64,000 bases of DNA from an uncultured bacterium (GCA_963710755.1 CAVQBK010000003.1:1024001-1088000), one strand, 5' to 3'; shown: positions 10,223 to 21,663, counted from the stretch's first letter. Notes: generated by a model from the letters alone, not told the origin. Program-made: numbers and translations.

Positions 10223-11710
10223 ATGAGCAATGCCGTCATCCTGGCCATGGACTTGGGTACCACCGGCAACCGCGTAGTAGCATTTGCTCAAAGCGGTGAA
10301 GTTGTTGCCCAAAAGTACTATGAATTCACGCAGCACTATCCTCAACCGGGCTGGGTGGAACATGATCCCCTGGAAATCAAAGACACGGCTCTGCGTGCCC
10401 TGCGCGAAGTGCTGGAAGCGGTAAAGGAGCACGAGGTGACAGGGCTGGGGATTACCAACCAGCGTGAAACCACTATCCTTTGGGAACGGCGAACCGGTCA
10501 GCCGATTTATCCGGCTATTGTTTGGCAATGCCGCCGGACTGAGGCACTGTGCCGGCAACTGGAACCTTACCGGGATCTGTTTAAACAAAAAACAGGATTG
10601 TTTTTAGATCCTTATTTTTCGGGTACCAAGATCCATTGGATTCTGGAGCATGTGCCTGGTGCCCGTCAAAGAGCCCAGCAAGGCGAACTCGCATTTGGAA
10701 CGGTGGATAGCTGGCTGTTGTGGCATTTGACTAACGGCCAGGTTCACGCCACGGAAGCCAGCAATGCTTCCCGCACACTCATTTTTAACCTTCATGATAT
10801 GGCTTTTGACCAGGAACTGCTGGAGTTGCTTCAAATTCCAAAGCGCCTGTTACCACAAGTACTGCCTTCTGATGCCTGCTTCGGCACAACTGATCTCAAG
10901 GTGGTGGGGCGACGTTTCCCTATTCATGCGATTTTAGGCGATCAGCAAGCCTCGCTCTATGCTCATAGCGGGGTGGGGGAAGGCAAGGTTAAAAATACTT
11001 ATGGTACTGGATTATTTGTGGTGACCAAAACGGGCGCCGAGCCTGTGGCGCATGACCGGTTGGTGACCACCGTGGCTTGGCAGCTACAGGATAAAATAAC
11101 CTATGCCCTGGAAGGCAGCATTTTTATGGGGGGGGCCATTCTGCAATGGACACGCGACAATCTGCACCTGCTGAACCATGCCTCCCAATCGGAAGCCCTG
11201 GCCCAGAGCCTACCTGACAACCAGGGCGTCTATTTGGTGCCTGCTTTTCAAGGCCTGGGTGCGCCTTATTGGCAATCCGATGCCCGCGCCCTATTGGTGG
11301 GCCTTTCCAGAAAATCGGACACAGCCGTGGTTGTACGTGCCGCGCTGGAAGCCATGGCCTACCAGACCAGGGATGTGGTTGCGGTGATGTCCGATCATTT
11401 GCCCTTTGCGCTCCAGGAACTTCATGTGGATGGCGGGGCCTGCGCCAATAATTTTCTTATGCAGTTTCAAGCCGACATTTTGGGCTTGCCTGTGATCCGG
11501 CCCAAAATAATCGAAGTTACAGCTCTGGGTGTTGCCGGGTTGGCCGGCTGTGCCTTGGGGTTCTGGTCACGGGAGGGATTCGAAACTAACTTAATGACGC
11601 CTGACCGCATCTTTAAACCGCAAATGACCAGCCAGCAGGCGCAAGCCTATTATAAACGTTGGCAGGATGCAGTGCATCTGTCCCTGTCCTGGTCCTCGGC
11701 CCAAGGTTGA
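10223..11710 (+). CDS. glpK: Glycerol kinase
   Basis: DLGTTG, GITNQRETT, IVWQCRRT, GDQQASL, KNTYGTG. Confidence 0.96.
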   Translation: MSNAVILAMDLGTTGNRVVAFAQSGEVVAQKYYEFTQHYPQPGWVEHDPLEIKDTALRALREVLEAVKEHEVTGLGITNQRETTILWERRTGQPIYPAIVWQCRRTEALCRQLEPYRDLFKQKTGLFLDPYFSGTKIHWILEHVPGARQRAQQGELAFGTVDSWLLWHLTNGQVHATEASNASRTLIFNLHDMAFDQELLELLQIPKRLLPQVLPSDACFGTTDLKVVGRRFPIHAILGDQQASLYAHSGVGEGKVKNTYGTGLFVVTKTGAEPVAHDRLVTTVAWQLQDKITYALEGSIFMGGAILQWTRDNLHLLNHASQSEALAQSLPDNQGVYLVPAFQGLGAPYWQSDARALLVGLSRKSDTAVVVRAALEAMAYQTRDVVAVMSDHLPFALQELHVDGGACANNFLMQFQADILGLPVIRPKIIEVTALGVAGLAGCALGFWSREGFETNLMTPDRIFKPQMTSQQAQAYYKRWQDAVHLSLSWSSAQG

Positions 11711-12108
11711 ACTTGTCCGCTATCCTTCCTACCGATAATTGAAAAAACAATATACCCCATGATGAATTATAAAGATGAATGGGAACGTATTAAAAAAGAT
11801 TGCTTTTTGGAGTCTGAAGTCTTTATAATTTGAATCCCCTTTCCAGCCGTGGGCATGACGTCAATGCTCCGCAGGGTAGAAAGAACCAATGGTGAGCAGC
11901 CGGCCCAGGGCCTTGCTGCCGCTGCTGCAGTCCTCGAGGTATAGTCTAAGGTTGTCAGGTCGTCTTCCGGTTCAGAATTATAAGTAACACATTCTCAGGT
12001 GGGTACGCTTTCAGATACAGGGGCCTTGCCGATCAAGGCGCAGCTCCTTTGGGTGATAACATCAATGTTGACCATAAAGTAAAGATTAACGTTAAGTGAG
12101 ACGAAGAG

Positions 12109-12660
12109 GTGGGGATGGAAATTCAGAATAAGATCGAAGAATGCCTGGCCCGCTATCAAAGCCTTTGCCACATCGTGGATCAGCAATTTGAGCAGGCCTT
12201 GAAATACCATGGCTGGCAAATGAACTGCCGCAAAGGGTGTGACCAATGCTGTACCCTGCAAAGTGTCATGCCTTTGGAAGCCTACATCATCAGGGGTTTT
12301 CTTCAGCAACAAAACCAAGCCTGGTTTGAGCAGATGGAAGATCACCAGGGGAACGCCTGCATTTTTCTTCACCAGCAGCAGTGTCTGATCTATCCGGTCC
12401 GGCCCATGATATGCCGCAGCCATGGACTGTTTTTACGCATGGACCAAAATACTATTGTACCCAGTTGTTCCCAAAACTTTATCTCCAACCAGGGACAATT
12501 GGAACACCGCATGCTTTTTGATAATCACTGGGCTACTCTTCAGCTGGCCAAGCTTAACTTGGCTTTTGCCATGCTGCGCAACGAACGGGACTTGGCGGAC
12601 CGGCGGATCCCTTTGGTGGAGATCAAATCCAGCTTTCTTCCAACCTACAAAGTGAAGTGA
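12109..12660 (+). CDS. YkgJ-family CxxCxxCC cysteine-cluster protein
   Basis: CRKGCDQCC, CIFL, CLIYPVRPMICR. Confidence 0.85.
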   Translation: MGMEIQNKIEECLARYQSLCHIVDQQFEQALKYHGWQMNCRKGCDQCCTLQSVMPLEAYIIRGFLQQQNQAWFEQMEDHQGNACIFLHQQQCLIYPVRPMICRSHGLFLRMDQNTIVPSCSQNFISNQGQLEHRMLFDNHWATLQLAKLNLAFAMLRNERDLADRRIPLVEIKSSFLPTYKVK

Positions 12661-12851
12661 TGGTTTGGGGGCTTCCTGACCGGACTTAATATTTAAAAAA
12701 ACTCATTTTATTTAACTGAAATCAAAATGATCCGAAGCTATTGATCAGAAGCTGGGCGTTTTTTGCCAAAATCAGCTAAACGATGCTTAAATGCCGAACA
12801 GATCTTTTGTCATGGAATGTCATCCAAGGCATCAGGTCTTGAGGAGTTCCG

Positions 12852-15128
12852 ATGGATCGGCTGACTACTTATTTGAAAAAAGTATTTCCCAACCAACAAA
12901 CCACGTTGGAATTTAAATTATCCTTCATTACCTCAGTGATGATCACAGGTATTCTGATTTTTACCAGCCTGGCCGTGATCACCAGCATTAGCAGCCAATT
13001 TGCCGCGGACATCAAAGAATATAAAACTGAAAACCTGAATAAAATTAAACAGACCTTGAAAAACTACATTGACATTGCCTACGCGTCCATGGACACCACT
13101 TATAACCAAGCCCGGGATAAAACTTACTTGGAAGATCATTATGGCCACCGTCTTCAAGATATTACGGACGCTGCCCAAACAATTCTCCAAAGCAAAGCGG
13201 ATGAAGCCAACAGCGGACTAAAAACCTTGAGGCAAGCCCAACAGGAAGCCATGCAGGAAATAAAAAAGATCCGTTACGATAATGGTACCGGCTATATCTG
13301 GATCAATGATATGGGACGGCCTGTGCCTAGAATGATCATGCACCCCACTCTGCCGGTGCTGGACGGCAAGGTTTTGGACGATCCCAAGTTCAACTGCGCC
13401 CTGGGCATGAAAAAAAATCTTTTTGTGGCCTTTGTGGATGTGTGTGCTGAGAAAGGGGAAGGGTTTGTGGATTACCTCTGGCCCAAACCCACCAAGGAGG
13501 GCCTGACCCAGGAACAGCCCAAACTTTCCTATGTCCGGCTGTTTAAACCGTGGGGATGGGTTTATGGGACTGGCATTTACGTTGATGATGCCGTGGTTGA
13601 AGCAGAGGAAAAAATAAAAAGCGACATTAAGAAAATGCGTTATGCTGGCGGAGTGGGTTATATTTGGATCAACGACATGGGACGGCCTGTGCCCAAGATG
13701 ATCATGCACCCCACTCTGCCGGTGCTGGACGGCAAGGTTCTGGACGATCCCAAGTTCAACTGCGCCCTGGGCATGAAAAAAAATCTTTTCGTGGCCTTTG
13801 TGGATGTATGTGCGGAAAAAGGGGAAGGGTTTGTGGATTACCTTTGGCCTAAACCCACCCAGGACGGTCTGACCCAGGAACAGCCCAAGCTCTCCTTTGT
13901 CCGTCTCTACAGGCCGCTAAAATGGGTCATTGGCACCGGTGTCTACATTGATGACATCAATACCATGGTGGCTAAAAAAGTCAAGTCCATGAGACTGCAA
14001 GAGTTGTGGCTTATTTTTAAAATTCTCATCCCTATCGTTTTAATCAGCGGGCTGGCTTGGTGGGTAATGGCCAATGTTATGGGGGATATCACCAGTACCG
14101 TAAAAGCTATGGTGGTCAAACTTAAGCAGATGGCGGCCGGTGAAGGCGATCTTTCCAAACGTATAGACGTACTTAGCGAAGACGAACTAGGGGAACTTGC
14201 GGAAGGATTCAACGTGTTTTTAGACAAGCTCTCTTCCCTGATTGGGTCTTTTAAACGGTCGGCAGGAAAGGTGGATCATGCCTCTCGGGATATGGCGGAT
14301 ATGGGCAAGGGGTTAATCGGCAGTTCGGACAGCTTGGAGACCAAGGTGAGCCAGCTCAAAGGCAATATTCAGGAGCTCAATAAAAAAATGGATGCCACAT
14401 CAGCTGCTTCGGAACAAACATCAGCCAATTTGGTCAGCCTGGACATGGCGGTTAAGGAATTTACCCAAACCATCACCCATATTTCCGGAAATGCCACCAA
14501 ATCCAATCATATTGCAACAGAAGCTGTGGACGTGGTGAACAATGCTTCCCGTAAGATCAACGAACTATTCACCCGGACCGGGGAGATCGCCACCATTGTC
14601 AATGTTATATCCGATATTTCCGACCAGACCAAGTTACTGGCTCTCAATGCCAGTATTGAGGCTGCCCGGGCGGGGGAAGCGGGCCGTGGTTTCTCCGTGG
14701 TGGCCGAAGAAGTCAAGAATTTGGCCGGAGAGGTCAACGAAGCCGCGGTCAATATCCGTAACATTCTGGGCAACATGAAAGGGTCAACCAATGAGTCCAT
14801 GCAGGAGCTGGAAAAGATTAATAAGGTCATCAATGAGGTGAATGACTCCGTGACCGATATCGCGGCTGCGGTTCAGGAACAAACCGCCACCACCATGGGC
14901 ATCTCCAATAATATTTCAGAAGCTGCTGACGGGTTGAATGATGTTAATGTTGCCATTGCCGATGCATTGGAATTCAGCAACAAAATTCACGATGATACGG
15001 AAGTGGTTAATAAGGAGAGCCATCATGTCATGGACCAGGGCAGCAGCCTACATGAACACGCCGATGCCTTGCTCCAAGTGTCGGCCACCTTGTTGAACCT
15101 GATCGGGCGATTTCGATTAATGGACTAA
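12852..15128 (+). CDS. Methyl-accepting chemotaxis protein with two tandem Cache domains and a HAMP domain
   Basis: TM-(YIWIND...HP...VDYLWPKP...GTGxY)x2-TM-HAMP (DELGELA); signalling tip [23 protein letters not shown]. Confidence 0.95.
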   Translation: MDRLTTYLKKVFPNQQTTLEFKLSFITSVMITGILIFTSLAVITSISSQFAADIKEYKTENLNKIKQTLKNYIDIAYASMDTTYNQARDKTYLEDHYGHRLQDITDAAQTILQSKADEANSGLKTLRQAQQEAMQEIKKIRYDNGTGYIWINDMGRPVPRMIMHPTLPVLDGKVLDDPKFNCALGMKKNLFVAFVDVCAEKGEGFVDYLWPKPTKEGLTQEQPKLSYVRLFKPWGWVYGTGIYVDDAVVEAEEKIKSDIKKMRYAGGVGYIWINDMGRPVPKMIMHPTLPVLDGKVLDDPKFNCALGMKKNLFVAFVDVCAEKGEGFVDYLWPKPTQDGLTQEQPKLSFVRLYRPLKWVIGTGVYIDDINTMVAKKVKSMRLQELWLIFKILIPIVLISGLAWWVMANVMGDITSTVKAMVVKLKQMAAGEGDLSKRIDVLSEDELGELAEGFNVFLDKLSSLIGSFKRSAGKVDHASRDMADMGKGLIGSSDSLETKVSQLKGNIQELNKKMDATSAASEQTSANLVSLDMAVKEFTQTITHISGNATKSNHIATEAVDVVNNASRKINELFTRTGEIATIVNVISDISDQTKLLALNASIEAARAGEAGRGFSVVAEEVKNLAGEVNEAAVNIRNILGNMKGSTNESMQELEKINKVINEVNDSVTDIAAAVQEQTATTMGISNNISEAADGLNDVNVAIADALEFSNKIHDDTEVVNKESHHVMDQGSSLHEHADALLQVSATLLNLIGRFRLMD
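13290..13950 (+). repeat. Intragenic direct duplication (366-bp offset) encoding the two Cache domains
   Basis: atgggacggcctgtgcc occurs at 13311 and 13677, followed by long near-identical DNA. Confidence 0.9.
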
Positions 15129-15372
15129 ATCCGGATGGCCATTTTGAGCTTGTCTCCCAAGTGCAGCTGGTGTAAGATGCCAGCTCGCAGTCCCGCAAAG
15201 TCAACCGACCTCGCATGCGAACTAGTTATAACTAATAAAAAAAATCCTTCCGGCGTTTTGTCCCTAGGCCAGAGCGCCGTCAGCCGTTAATGCCATTGGC
15301 CGGGATCTGCACTAGGATGTCAACTGCCAGCAGCCCCATGGCGATTTTTCGGAAAGGAGAAGCAGAGCAACC

Positions 15373-16389
15373 ATGAGAAAAATCGATTCTCTATTGCAAA
15401 AAGGTAAAGCGTTTCTGGGTGTCTCCATTCCCATTATTAGCGGAGGCATGACCTGGGTCAGCAACTATGCCTTGGTCAAGGCGGTCAGCGATCACGGGGC
15501 TTTTCCGGTGCTGGCCGGCGGCAACATGCCGCCTGACTTGTTTGAACAAGAAGTGGATAAGTGTGTGGCGCAATTGCAACGTCCCTTTGCGGTGAATTTG
15601 ATCACCATCGCGCCCAATTACCAGGTGCATCGGGAAATCTTAAAAAGCAAGAAAGTCCCTTTTGTGGTGTTTGCCGGCAATTTTCCCCGTATCAATGCTG
15701 TCCGGGAAATGAAAGCCGCGGGAAAGCAGACCATGGCCTTTGCCTCCACCAGCTCGATTGTGGAACAAATGGTGCGCTTTGGCATTGATGCCCTTATTCT
15801 GGAAGGTTCGGAGGCCGGTGGCCATATTGGCCATGTTTCCTTGACTATTTTACTTCAACAAGTTCTGTTTAAATACCGTCATCTGCCGGTTTTCGTGGCC
15901 GGCGGAATTGCCACCGGTAAAATGATGGCGCACTTATTGTTGATGGGCGCAGCCGGCGTCCAAATGGGTACCCGCTTTGTGATGACCGAGGAATGCACCG
16001 CCCATCCTGATTTCAAACAAGCGTTCCTTAACGCCAGAGCCCGGGAGGCTATTGCCACGCCCCAGTATGATTCCCGCTTGCCGGTCGTGGCCGTCCGGGC
16101 CATTAGCAACAAGGGTATGGAAAATTTCGGCAAATTACAGCTCGATTTAATTCAACGCATGGAACGTCATGAAGTTACACGAGAGCAAGCCCAGTATGAA
16201 GTGGAACACTATTGGATGGGATCGCTGCGCAAGGCTGTGGAAGAAGGGGACATTGACAACGGCTCCTTGATGGCCGGCCAGAGCGTGGGCTTGATCCATG
16301 ATATAAAACCCATCAAAACTATGTTGGATGAAATTGTCAATGATGCTGAAGAAGAATTAAATTGGGTGGCCGAACGCCTAGGCAGTTAA
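15373..16389 (+). CDS. FabK-like enoyl-ACP reductase / nitronate monooxygenase family flavoprotein
   Basis: PIISGGM, EGSEAGGHIG, VAGGIA, GVQMGTRF, MAGQSVG. Confidence 0.85.
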   Translation: MRKIDSLLQKGKAFLGVSIPIISGGMTWVSNYALVKAVSDHGAFPVLAGGNMPPDLFEQEVDKCVAQLQRPFAVNLITIAPNYQVHREILKSKKVPFVVFAGNFPRINAVREMKAAGKQTMAFASTSSIVEQMVRFGIDALILEGSEAGGHIGHVSLTILLQQVLFKYRHLPVFVAGGIATGKMMAHLLLMGAAGVQMGTRFVMTEECTAHPDFKQAFLNARAREAIATPQYDSRLPVVAVRAISNKGMENFGKLQLDLIQRMERHEVTREQAQYEVEHYWMGSLRKAVEEGDIDNGSLMAGQSVGLIHDIKPIKTMLDEIVNDAEEELNWVAERLGS

Positions 16390-16466
16390 GCCTAATGGCC
16401 GCTTGAACGGTTAATATCGTTGGCAAACCTGATTTGAAAAAGGCGCGGCTACATACGATCACAGGC

Positions 16467-16496
16467 TTGCTTATGGGATTTGCCTTATGCTATAGT
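16467..16496 (+). promoter_or_regulatory. Putative sigma70 promoter of gatCAB
   Basis: TTGCTT-N18-TATAGT with extended TG. Confidence 0.5.
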
Positions 16497-16591
16497 GAAG
16501 CGGTTTTAAAAGCGCTTTCTCAACGCCTACGGCTTGTTCCTGAGAAACAAGCCTGCTGTAGGGCAGAGGCGGGCAGCTGAAGGAGAAGATC

Positions 16592-16882
16592 ATGCCGGAA
16601 ATCACGCAAGCAACAGTTGAAAAAATAGCCCGTCTGGCCAATATTCGTTTGGGCCAGGAAGAAGCGGGCCAGTATGCCAAGCAGCTGGAGCATGTGTTGG
16701 AGTATATTCATAAATTAAATGAACTTGATACCCACGGCATCCCTGAAACCGTGCATGCGTTGCCATTAAAAAATATCTGGCGGCTTGATGAGGTCCAAAC
16801 TGGTTTAAGCCAGGACCAAGCCCTGGATCAGGCACCGGAAGCGCAAGAAGGTTGTTTTCGCGTGCCGAGAATTATGGAATGA
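16592..16882 (+). CDS. gatC: Asp/Glu-tRNA amidotransferase subunit C
   Basis: [24 protein letters not shown]. Confidence 0.95.
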   Translation: MPEITQATVEKIARLANIRLGQEEAGQYAKQLEHVLEYIHKLNELDTHGIPETVHALPLKNIWRLDEVQTGLSQDQALDQAPEAQEGCFRVPRIME

Positions 16883-16889
16883 GCTGAAC

Positions 16890-18362
16890 ATGATGGCAAA
16901 GCTGGTTACGGCTAAGGCAATAGCAGAGGCAATCAAAAAGCGACAGATTTCCGCTGAAGAAATCTGTAAGGAAACCATTAACAATATTGAAGCCATTGAT
17001 CCTAAAGTCCAAGCTTTTATCACGCTGAATACGCAAGCTGCCCTGGAAGAAGCCCGCCGGGTGGACAAGGCCATAGCTGAAGGAACCCCGGTGGGCCCTT
17101 TGGCGGGTGTACCCATCGCACTTAAGGATAATCTTTGCACCCGGAATTTGCCAACTACCTGCGCTTCCAAAATGTTGGAAGGTTGGCAACCGCCTTACAA
17201 TGCTACTGTGGTAGAACGATTAAAAGCCAGCGGCATGGTGCTGGTAGGGAAAGTCAATATGGATGAATTTGCCATGGGCTCATCCTGTGAAAATTCTGCC
17301 TTTAAGACCACCAACAATCCCTGGGATCTAAAAGCCGTGACCGGAGGTTCCTCCGGTGGCTCGGCGGCAGCTGTGGCTGCCGGTATGGTGCCGATTGCTC
17401 TGGGTTCTGATACGGGGGGCTCCATTCGTCAGCCTGCGGCTTTTTGTGGCGTCCTGGGATTAAAGCCCACTTACGGACGGGTTTCCCGGTATGGCTTGGT
17501 GGCTTTTGCCAGCTCCCTGGATCAAATCGGCCCCATGGCCCGCACCAGTGAGGACCTGGCTCTGGTTATGTCGATTATAGCCGGCCACGACCCCAAGGAC
17601 AGCACCAGTGCGGAGCTGGCGGTACCCGATTATAGTTCGGCCTTGGGCAACTCCCTGGCTGGGATGAAGATAGGTCTGCCCAAGGAATATGATAATGAAG
17701 GCATCCACGCTGATATTGGTGAGGCTTTAGGCCAGGCCCGTAAGGTGCTTGCGGCCCAAGGTGCTCAATTGGTAGACGTTAGTCTGCCACACACCGACTA
17801 TTGTTTGGCGGCCTATTATTTGATTGCCACGGCGGAAGCTTCATCCAATCTGGCGCGCTATGATGGTGTCCGCTATGGCTTGCGCGTCAAGGGCGAGCCC
17901 CTGAGTACCATGGTACAAACCACCCGTGCGCAAGGCTTCGGGGCGGAAGTAAAACGGCGGATCATGCTCGGCACCTATGCGCTCTCGGCCGGCTACTATG
18001 ATGCTTATTATAAAAAAGCCTTGCAGGTACGCACGCTCATACAACAGGATTTTAATCAGGCCTTCCAGCATTGCGATGTGTTATTAACCCCTACCTCGCC
18101 AACGGTGGCCTTTAAACAGGGAGAAAAGACCGATGATCCCCTGACCATGTATTTGTCGGATATTTTTACCATTTCCATCAATTTGGCCGGCCTGCCGGGA
18201 TTAAATGTACCCTGCGGGTTCAGCCGGGAAGGTCTGCCCATCGGGATGCAGCTCATTGGCCGGGCCTATGACGAAAGCTCTTTGCTCAAAGTGGCTCATG
18301 TTTATCAACAGCAAACCAGCTGGCATACACAAACACCAACGTTATCAATAGGAGGAAAGTAA
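16890..18362 (+). CDS. gatA: Asp/Glu-tRNA amidotransferase subunit A
   Basis: Amidase signature [19 protein letters not shown]; [11 protein letters not shown]. Confidence 0.98.
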   Translation: MMAKLVTAKAIAEAIKKRQISAEEICKETINNIEAIDPKVQAFITLNTQAALEEARRVDKAIAEGTPVGPLAGVPIALKDNLCTRNLPTTCASKMLEGWQPPYNATVVERLKASGMVLVGKVNMDEFAMGSSCENSAFKTTNNPWDLKAVTGGSSGGSAAAVAAGMVPIALGSDTGGSIRQPAAFCGVLGLKPTYGRVSRYGLVAFASSLDQIGPMARTSEDLALVMSIIAGHDPKDSTSAELAVPDYSSALGNSLAGMKIGLPKEYDNEGIHADIGEALGQARKVLAAQGAQLVDVSLPHTDYCLAAYYLIATAEASSNLARYDGVRYGLRVKGEPLSTMVQTTRAQGFGAEVKRRIMLGTYALSAGYYDAYYKKALQVRTLIQQDFNQAFQHCDVLLTPTSPTVAFKQGEKTDDPLTMYLSDIFTISINLAGLPGLNVPCGFSREGLPIGMQLIGRAYDESSLLKVAHVYQQQTSWHTQTPTLSIGGK

Positions 18363-18363
18363 G

Positions 18364-18642
18364 ATGATTTGTAATAAGTGTAAAAATCAAAAGAAATTTC
18401 AAGCCGTGGTGACTTATTATGAACCGGTGGAGATATGGGAATTCAATGAAGACGGTTCCATGGCGCGGTTCAATCAACCTGAGACCGGGGATCTGGAAAT
18501 AAAATTATCCTGTCCTATTTGCAATTCCGATGATGTGGACACTCAGGGGTACGCTATTCAATCCTTTGTCGAAAGCCCGCTTACCCGTCTGAACGGCGAT
18601 GAATGGGATGCCAAAGTACAGGAAGCGGAAAAAAACAGTTAA
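18364..18642 (+). CDS. Small hypothetical protein with two CxxC motifs (zinc-ribbon-like)
   Basis: CNKC at the N-terminus and CPIC internally; AGGAGG RBS inside the gatA 3' end; starts 1 nt after the gatA stop. Confidence 0.8.
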   Translation: MICNKCKNQKKFQAVVTYYEPVEIWEFNEDGSMARFNQPETGDLEIKLSCPICNSDDVDTQGYAIQSFVESPLTRLNGDEWDAKVQEAEKNS

Positions 18643-18782
18643 GCTTCTCCTGGGCGTGCCTGCCTGGCTCCGGGGAACCTCCCCGGCGGTGTCTCCCAGT
18701 GCCCGGCAAGGCCAGCCCAAAGCCGGCAGCCCCTAGGTGGAATTATTCAGGGGCGGGGTTAGAAAAATGAGGACGGTAGTAA

Positions 18783-20234
18783 ATGCAGCAAGCTTATGAA
18801 ATTGTGGTGGGATTGGAAGTTCACGCGGAATTATTAACGCAGTCCAAAATATTTTGCACCTGCCCTACCACCTTCGGAGCCAAATCCAACACCCAAGTCT
18901 GTGCGACCTGTCTGGGCCTTCCGGGCACCCTGCCCGTGCTCAATCAGGAAGTTCTACATCTGGCCATTAAAGCCGGCCTGGCCCTGAATTGCACCATTGC
19001 CAAACACTCCAAATTCGATCGGAAAAATTATTTTTATCCCGATCTTCCCAAAGCTTATCAAATTTCTCAGTATGACATGCCCATTGCCAAGGCCGGTCAC
19101 TTAACCATTACAGTGAACGGCGAGACTAAAACCATCGGGTTGACCCGCATTCACATGGAAGAGGATGCCGGTAAACTGGTTCACTTGGGGGGCAAGGGGC
19201 AGATTGGCGATGCGGTCGGATCCTTGGTGGATTACAACCGCACCGGCGTGCCTCTCATTGAGATTGTCAGCGAACCGGACTTGCGCTCCGGAGAAGAAGC
19301 CTACGCCTATCTAACAGCCTTGAAAGAGATATTGCAATATGCCGCCATTTCGGACTGCAATATGGAAGAAGGCAGTTTGCGTTGTGATGCTAACATCTCG
19401 GTGCGGCCGGCCGGCCAAACGGGCCTGGGCACCAAAACGGAAATTAAAAATATGAACTCCTTCAAAAATGTGCGCACGGCCATCGACTACGAAGCCGGCC
19501 GTCAAATCAAGGCACTGCAAAGTGGCGGTACCATCACGCAGGAAACACGCTTATGGGATCCCGATAAGGCGGTGACCGTACCCATGCGCAGCAAGGAAGA
19601 AGCGCACGATTACCGTTATTTTCCGGAACCGGATTTGCCCTTGATTGAAGTGAACGAGGCCATGCTGGAGGGTGCACAGGCAGCGCTGCCGGAACTACCC
19701 CAGGCCAAACGGGCACGTTTCATGAAGTCTTATGAGCTGAATGATTATGATGCCGGCGTATTGACGGCCTCGCGGACATTGGCCGATTATTTTGAAGAAG
19801 CCTTAGATACCGGCGTTACCCCCAAGGCTGTCTGTAATTGGCTGACTGTGGAATTGCTGGGCAGGCTGCATGGGGAAGGCAAAAGCATTGAAGAGTCCCC
19901 CATGAAACCGAGACAGTTGGCGGAACTGGTGGAGCACATCGAGAAGGGCACTATCTCCGGAAAAATCGGGAAACAAGTTTTTGCCGAAATGATGGAGACC
20001 GGCCAGGATGCCGGCACGGTAATTGCCCGACTTGGCTTGGTGCAAATATCGGATCCCGAGGCCCTTATGGCCATGGTTGCCGAGGTGCTGGCCGCCAATG
20101 CCGGCGCTGTGGCAGAATATCACGCCGGCAAAGCGCAAGCTTTGGGATTTTTGGTGGGACAGGTCATGAAAGCTTCACGGGGTCAAGCCAATCCAAAAAT
20201 GGTCAATCAGTTGCTGAAGCAAAAGCTGGATTAG
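18783..20234 (+). CDS. gatB: Asp/Glu-tRNA amidotransferase subunit B
   Basis: GLEVHAEL, RKNYFYPDLPK, HMEEDAGK, DYRYFPEPDL. Confidence 0.98.
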   Translation: MQQAYEIVVGLEVHAELLTQSKIFCTCPTTFGAKSNTQVCATCLGLPGTLPVLNQEVLHLAIKAGLALNCTIAKHSKFDRKNYFYPDLPKAYQISQYDMPIAKAGHLTITVNGETKTIGLTRIHMEEDAGKLVHLGGKGQIGDAVGSLVDYNRTGVPLIEIVSEPDLRSGEEAYAYLTALKEILQYAAISDCNMEEGSLRCDANISVRPAGQTGLGTKTEIKNMNSFKNVRTAIDYEAGRQIKALQSGGTITQETRLWDPDKAVTVPMRSKEEAHDYRYFPEPDLPLIEVNEAMLEGAQAALPELPQAKRARFMKSYELNDYDAGVLTASRTLADYFEEALDTGVTPKAVCNWLTVELLGRLHGEGKSIEESPMKPRQLAELVEHIEKGTISGKIGKQVFAEMMETGQDAGTVIARLGLVQISDPEALMAMVAEVLAANAGAVAEYHAGKAQALGFLVGQVMKASRGQANPKMVNQLLKQKLD

Positions 20235-20286
20235 TTTATGCGGATTAGAGCAAAGGTGTAAAGGTGGAGGCTTGGGGATTTTAGTG

Positions 20287-21663
20287 ATGGAAGCTATGAA
20301 GCCAATGATTAAGGTGGGGGACCAGCTGGAGCTTGAAGTGTACGCCTTGGCTTATGGCGGGGAAGGCATTGCCAAGCATCAAGGACTGGTCGTGTTTGTG
20401 CCCGAAGCCCTGCCTGGAGACACGGTGCTGGTCACTATTTTACAAGTGAAAAAACGTTTTGCCCGCGGTGAACTTAACGCCATCATTAAGCCGTCCGGCA
20501 AACGGGTCGAAACGTTTTGCAACAAGGCGGCGGTTTGCGGCGGCTGCACCTGGCAACATTTTAACTATCCCGATCAGCTTAAGGCCAAACAAGCGTTTGT
20601 GGAAAACGCGTTGCAGCATGTGGGGCATCTTAAAGCCGCCCATGTACTGCCGGTTATTAAGGCCGTACCCAATCAAGGTTATCGCCATAAAATTCAGATT
20701 CCCTTCCAGCAAATCGATGGCCAATTAGCTGCCGGTTTCTATAGTAAAAAAACGCATCGGGTAGTGCCTATCGAGGAATGCCCGGTGCAACCGGGTCTGG
20801 GGAATAAAATTTTTAAGACTTTCCTGTCCCTGGCCCAGCAGTATGGCTACACCGGTTACGATGAAACCACACAAAGCGGCCAACTGCGTCATCTGGTCAT
20901 CCGCCTCAACAAACAACTTAAGGAAGCCTCGGTGGTGGTGGTGACCCAGGAAAAAGACTTGCCCCATCTGCAGGAATTGGCCCAGACCCTGCACCAGGCC
21001 ATTCCAGAAATTTCCGGTGTGGTGCATAACCTCAATCAAGCCCAGACCAATGTGATCCTGGGGCCCCATTATAAAACGCTGGTCGGCCGCTCCTATCTGT
21101 ATGAGGAGATAGGCGGTCTTAAGTACCGTGTTTCCGTAGAATCCTTCTTCCAAGTCAATCCCCACCAACTGGGACATTTGGCGCAAGTGGTGCTTAATTA
21201 TGCAGCTTTGAATGGTTATGAAAAAGTGGTGGATCTGTATTGCGGTGTGGGTTTCTTTACTCTGGAAGCAGCCAGAAAAGCGCGTATGGTTTACGGCATT
21301 GAGAATGTGCCCCATGCCATTGAAGATGCGCAAGCTAATAAACACCTCAATCAATTTACCAATGTGGAATTTAAATGCCAGGACGCTACCCAAGGCGTGG
21401 AAGAATTAATCGCCAAAGGGTTTTTACCAGATGTGCTGATTCTTGATCCGCCCCGGCGGGGGTGCGATCCCCAGTTGCTAAAAAAAATCATGGCGTGGAA
21501 AACCAAACGGCTGGTATATATTTCCTGTAATCCTGTATCCCTGGCCCGGGATTTAGCCCTGCTAACCAAAGGCGGTTACCGCATCCACCAGGTACAACCC
21601 CTGGATCTTTTTCCCCATACCTATCATATCGAGAGCGTGGCCAGTTTGGTTCGAAGCAAATAA
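20287..21663 (+). CDS. rlmD: 23S rRNA (uracil-C5)-methyltransferase, RlmD/RumA family (start uncertain, 20272-20305)
   Basis: TRAM domain, CGGC Fe-S motif, SFFQVN, DLYCGVG, LDPPRRG, YISCNP. Confidence 0.92.
   Translation: MEAMKPMIKVGDQLELEVYALAYGGEGIAKHQGLVVFVPEALPGDTVLVTILQVKKRFARGELNAIIKPSGKRVETFCNKAAVCGGCTWQHFNYPDQLKAKQAFVENALQHVGHLKAAHVLPVIKAVPNQGYRHKIQIPFQQIDGQLAAGFYSKKTHRVVPIEECPVQPGLGNKIFKTFLSLAQQYGYTGYDETTQSGQLRHLVIRLNKQLKEASVVVVTQEKDLPHLQELAQTLHQAIPEISGVVHNLNQAQTNVILGPHYKTLVGRSYLYEEIGGLKYRVSVESFFQVNPHQLGHLAQVVLNYAALNGYEKVVDLYCGVGFFTLEAARKARMVYGIENVPHAIEDAQANKHLNQFTNVEFKCQDATQGVEELIAKGFLPDVLILDPPRRGCDPQLLKKIMAWKTKRLVYISCNPVSLARDLALLTKGGYRIHQVQPLDLFPHTYHIESVASLVRSK

Noticed and set aside
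11711-12108. ~400-nt spacer after glpK as a pseudogene or sRNA
   Set aside because: Only short ORFs with no recognisable family and no convincing RNA structure
12772-12800. Sigma28 promoter for the MCP
   Set aside because: GCCGAACA is present but TAAA is 12 nt away instead of 15
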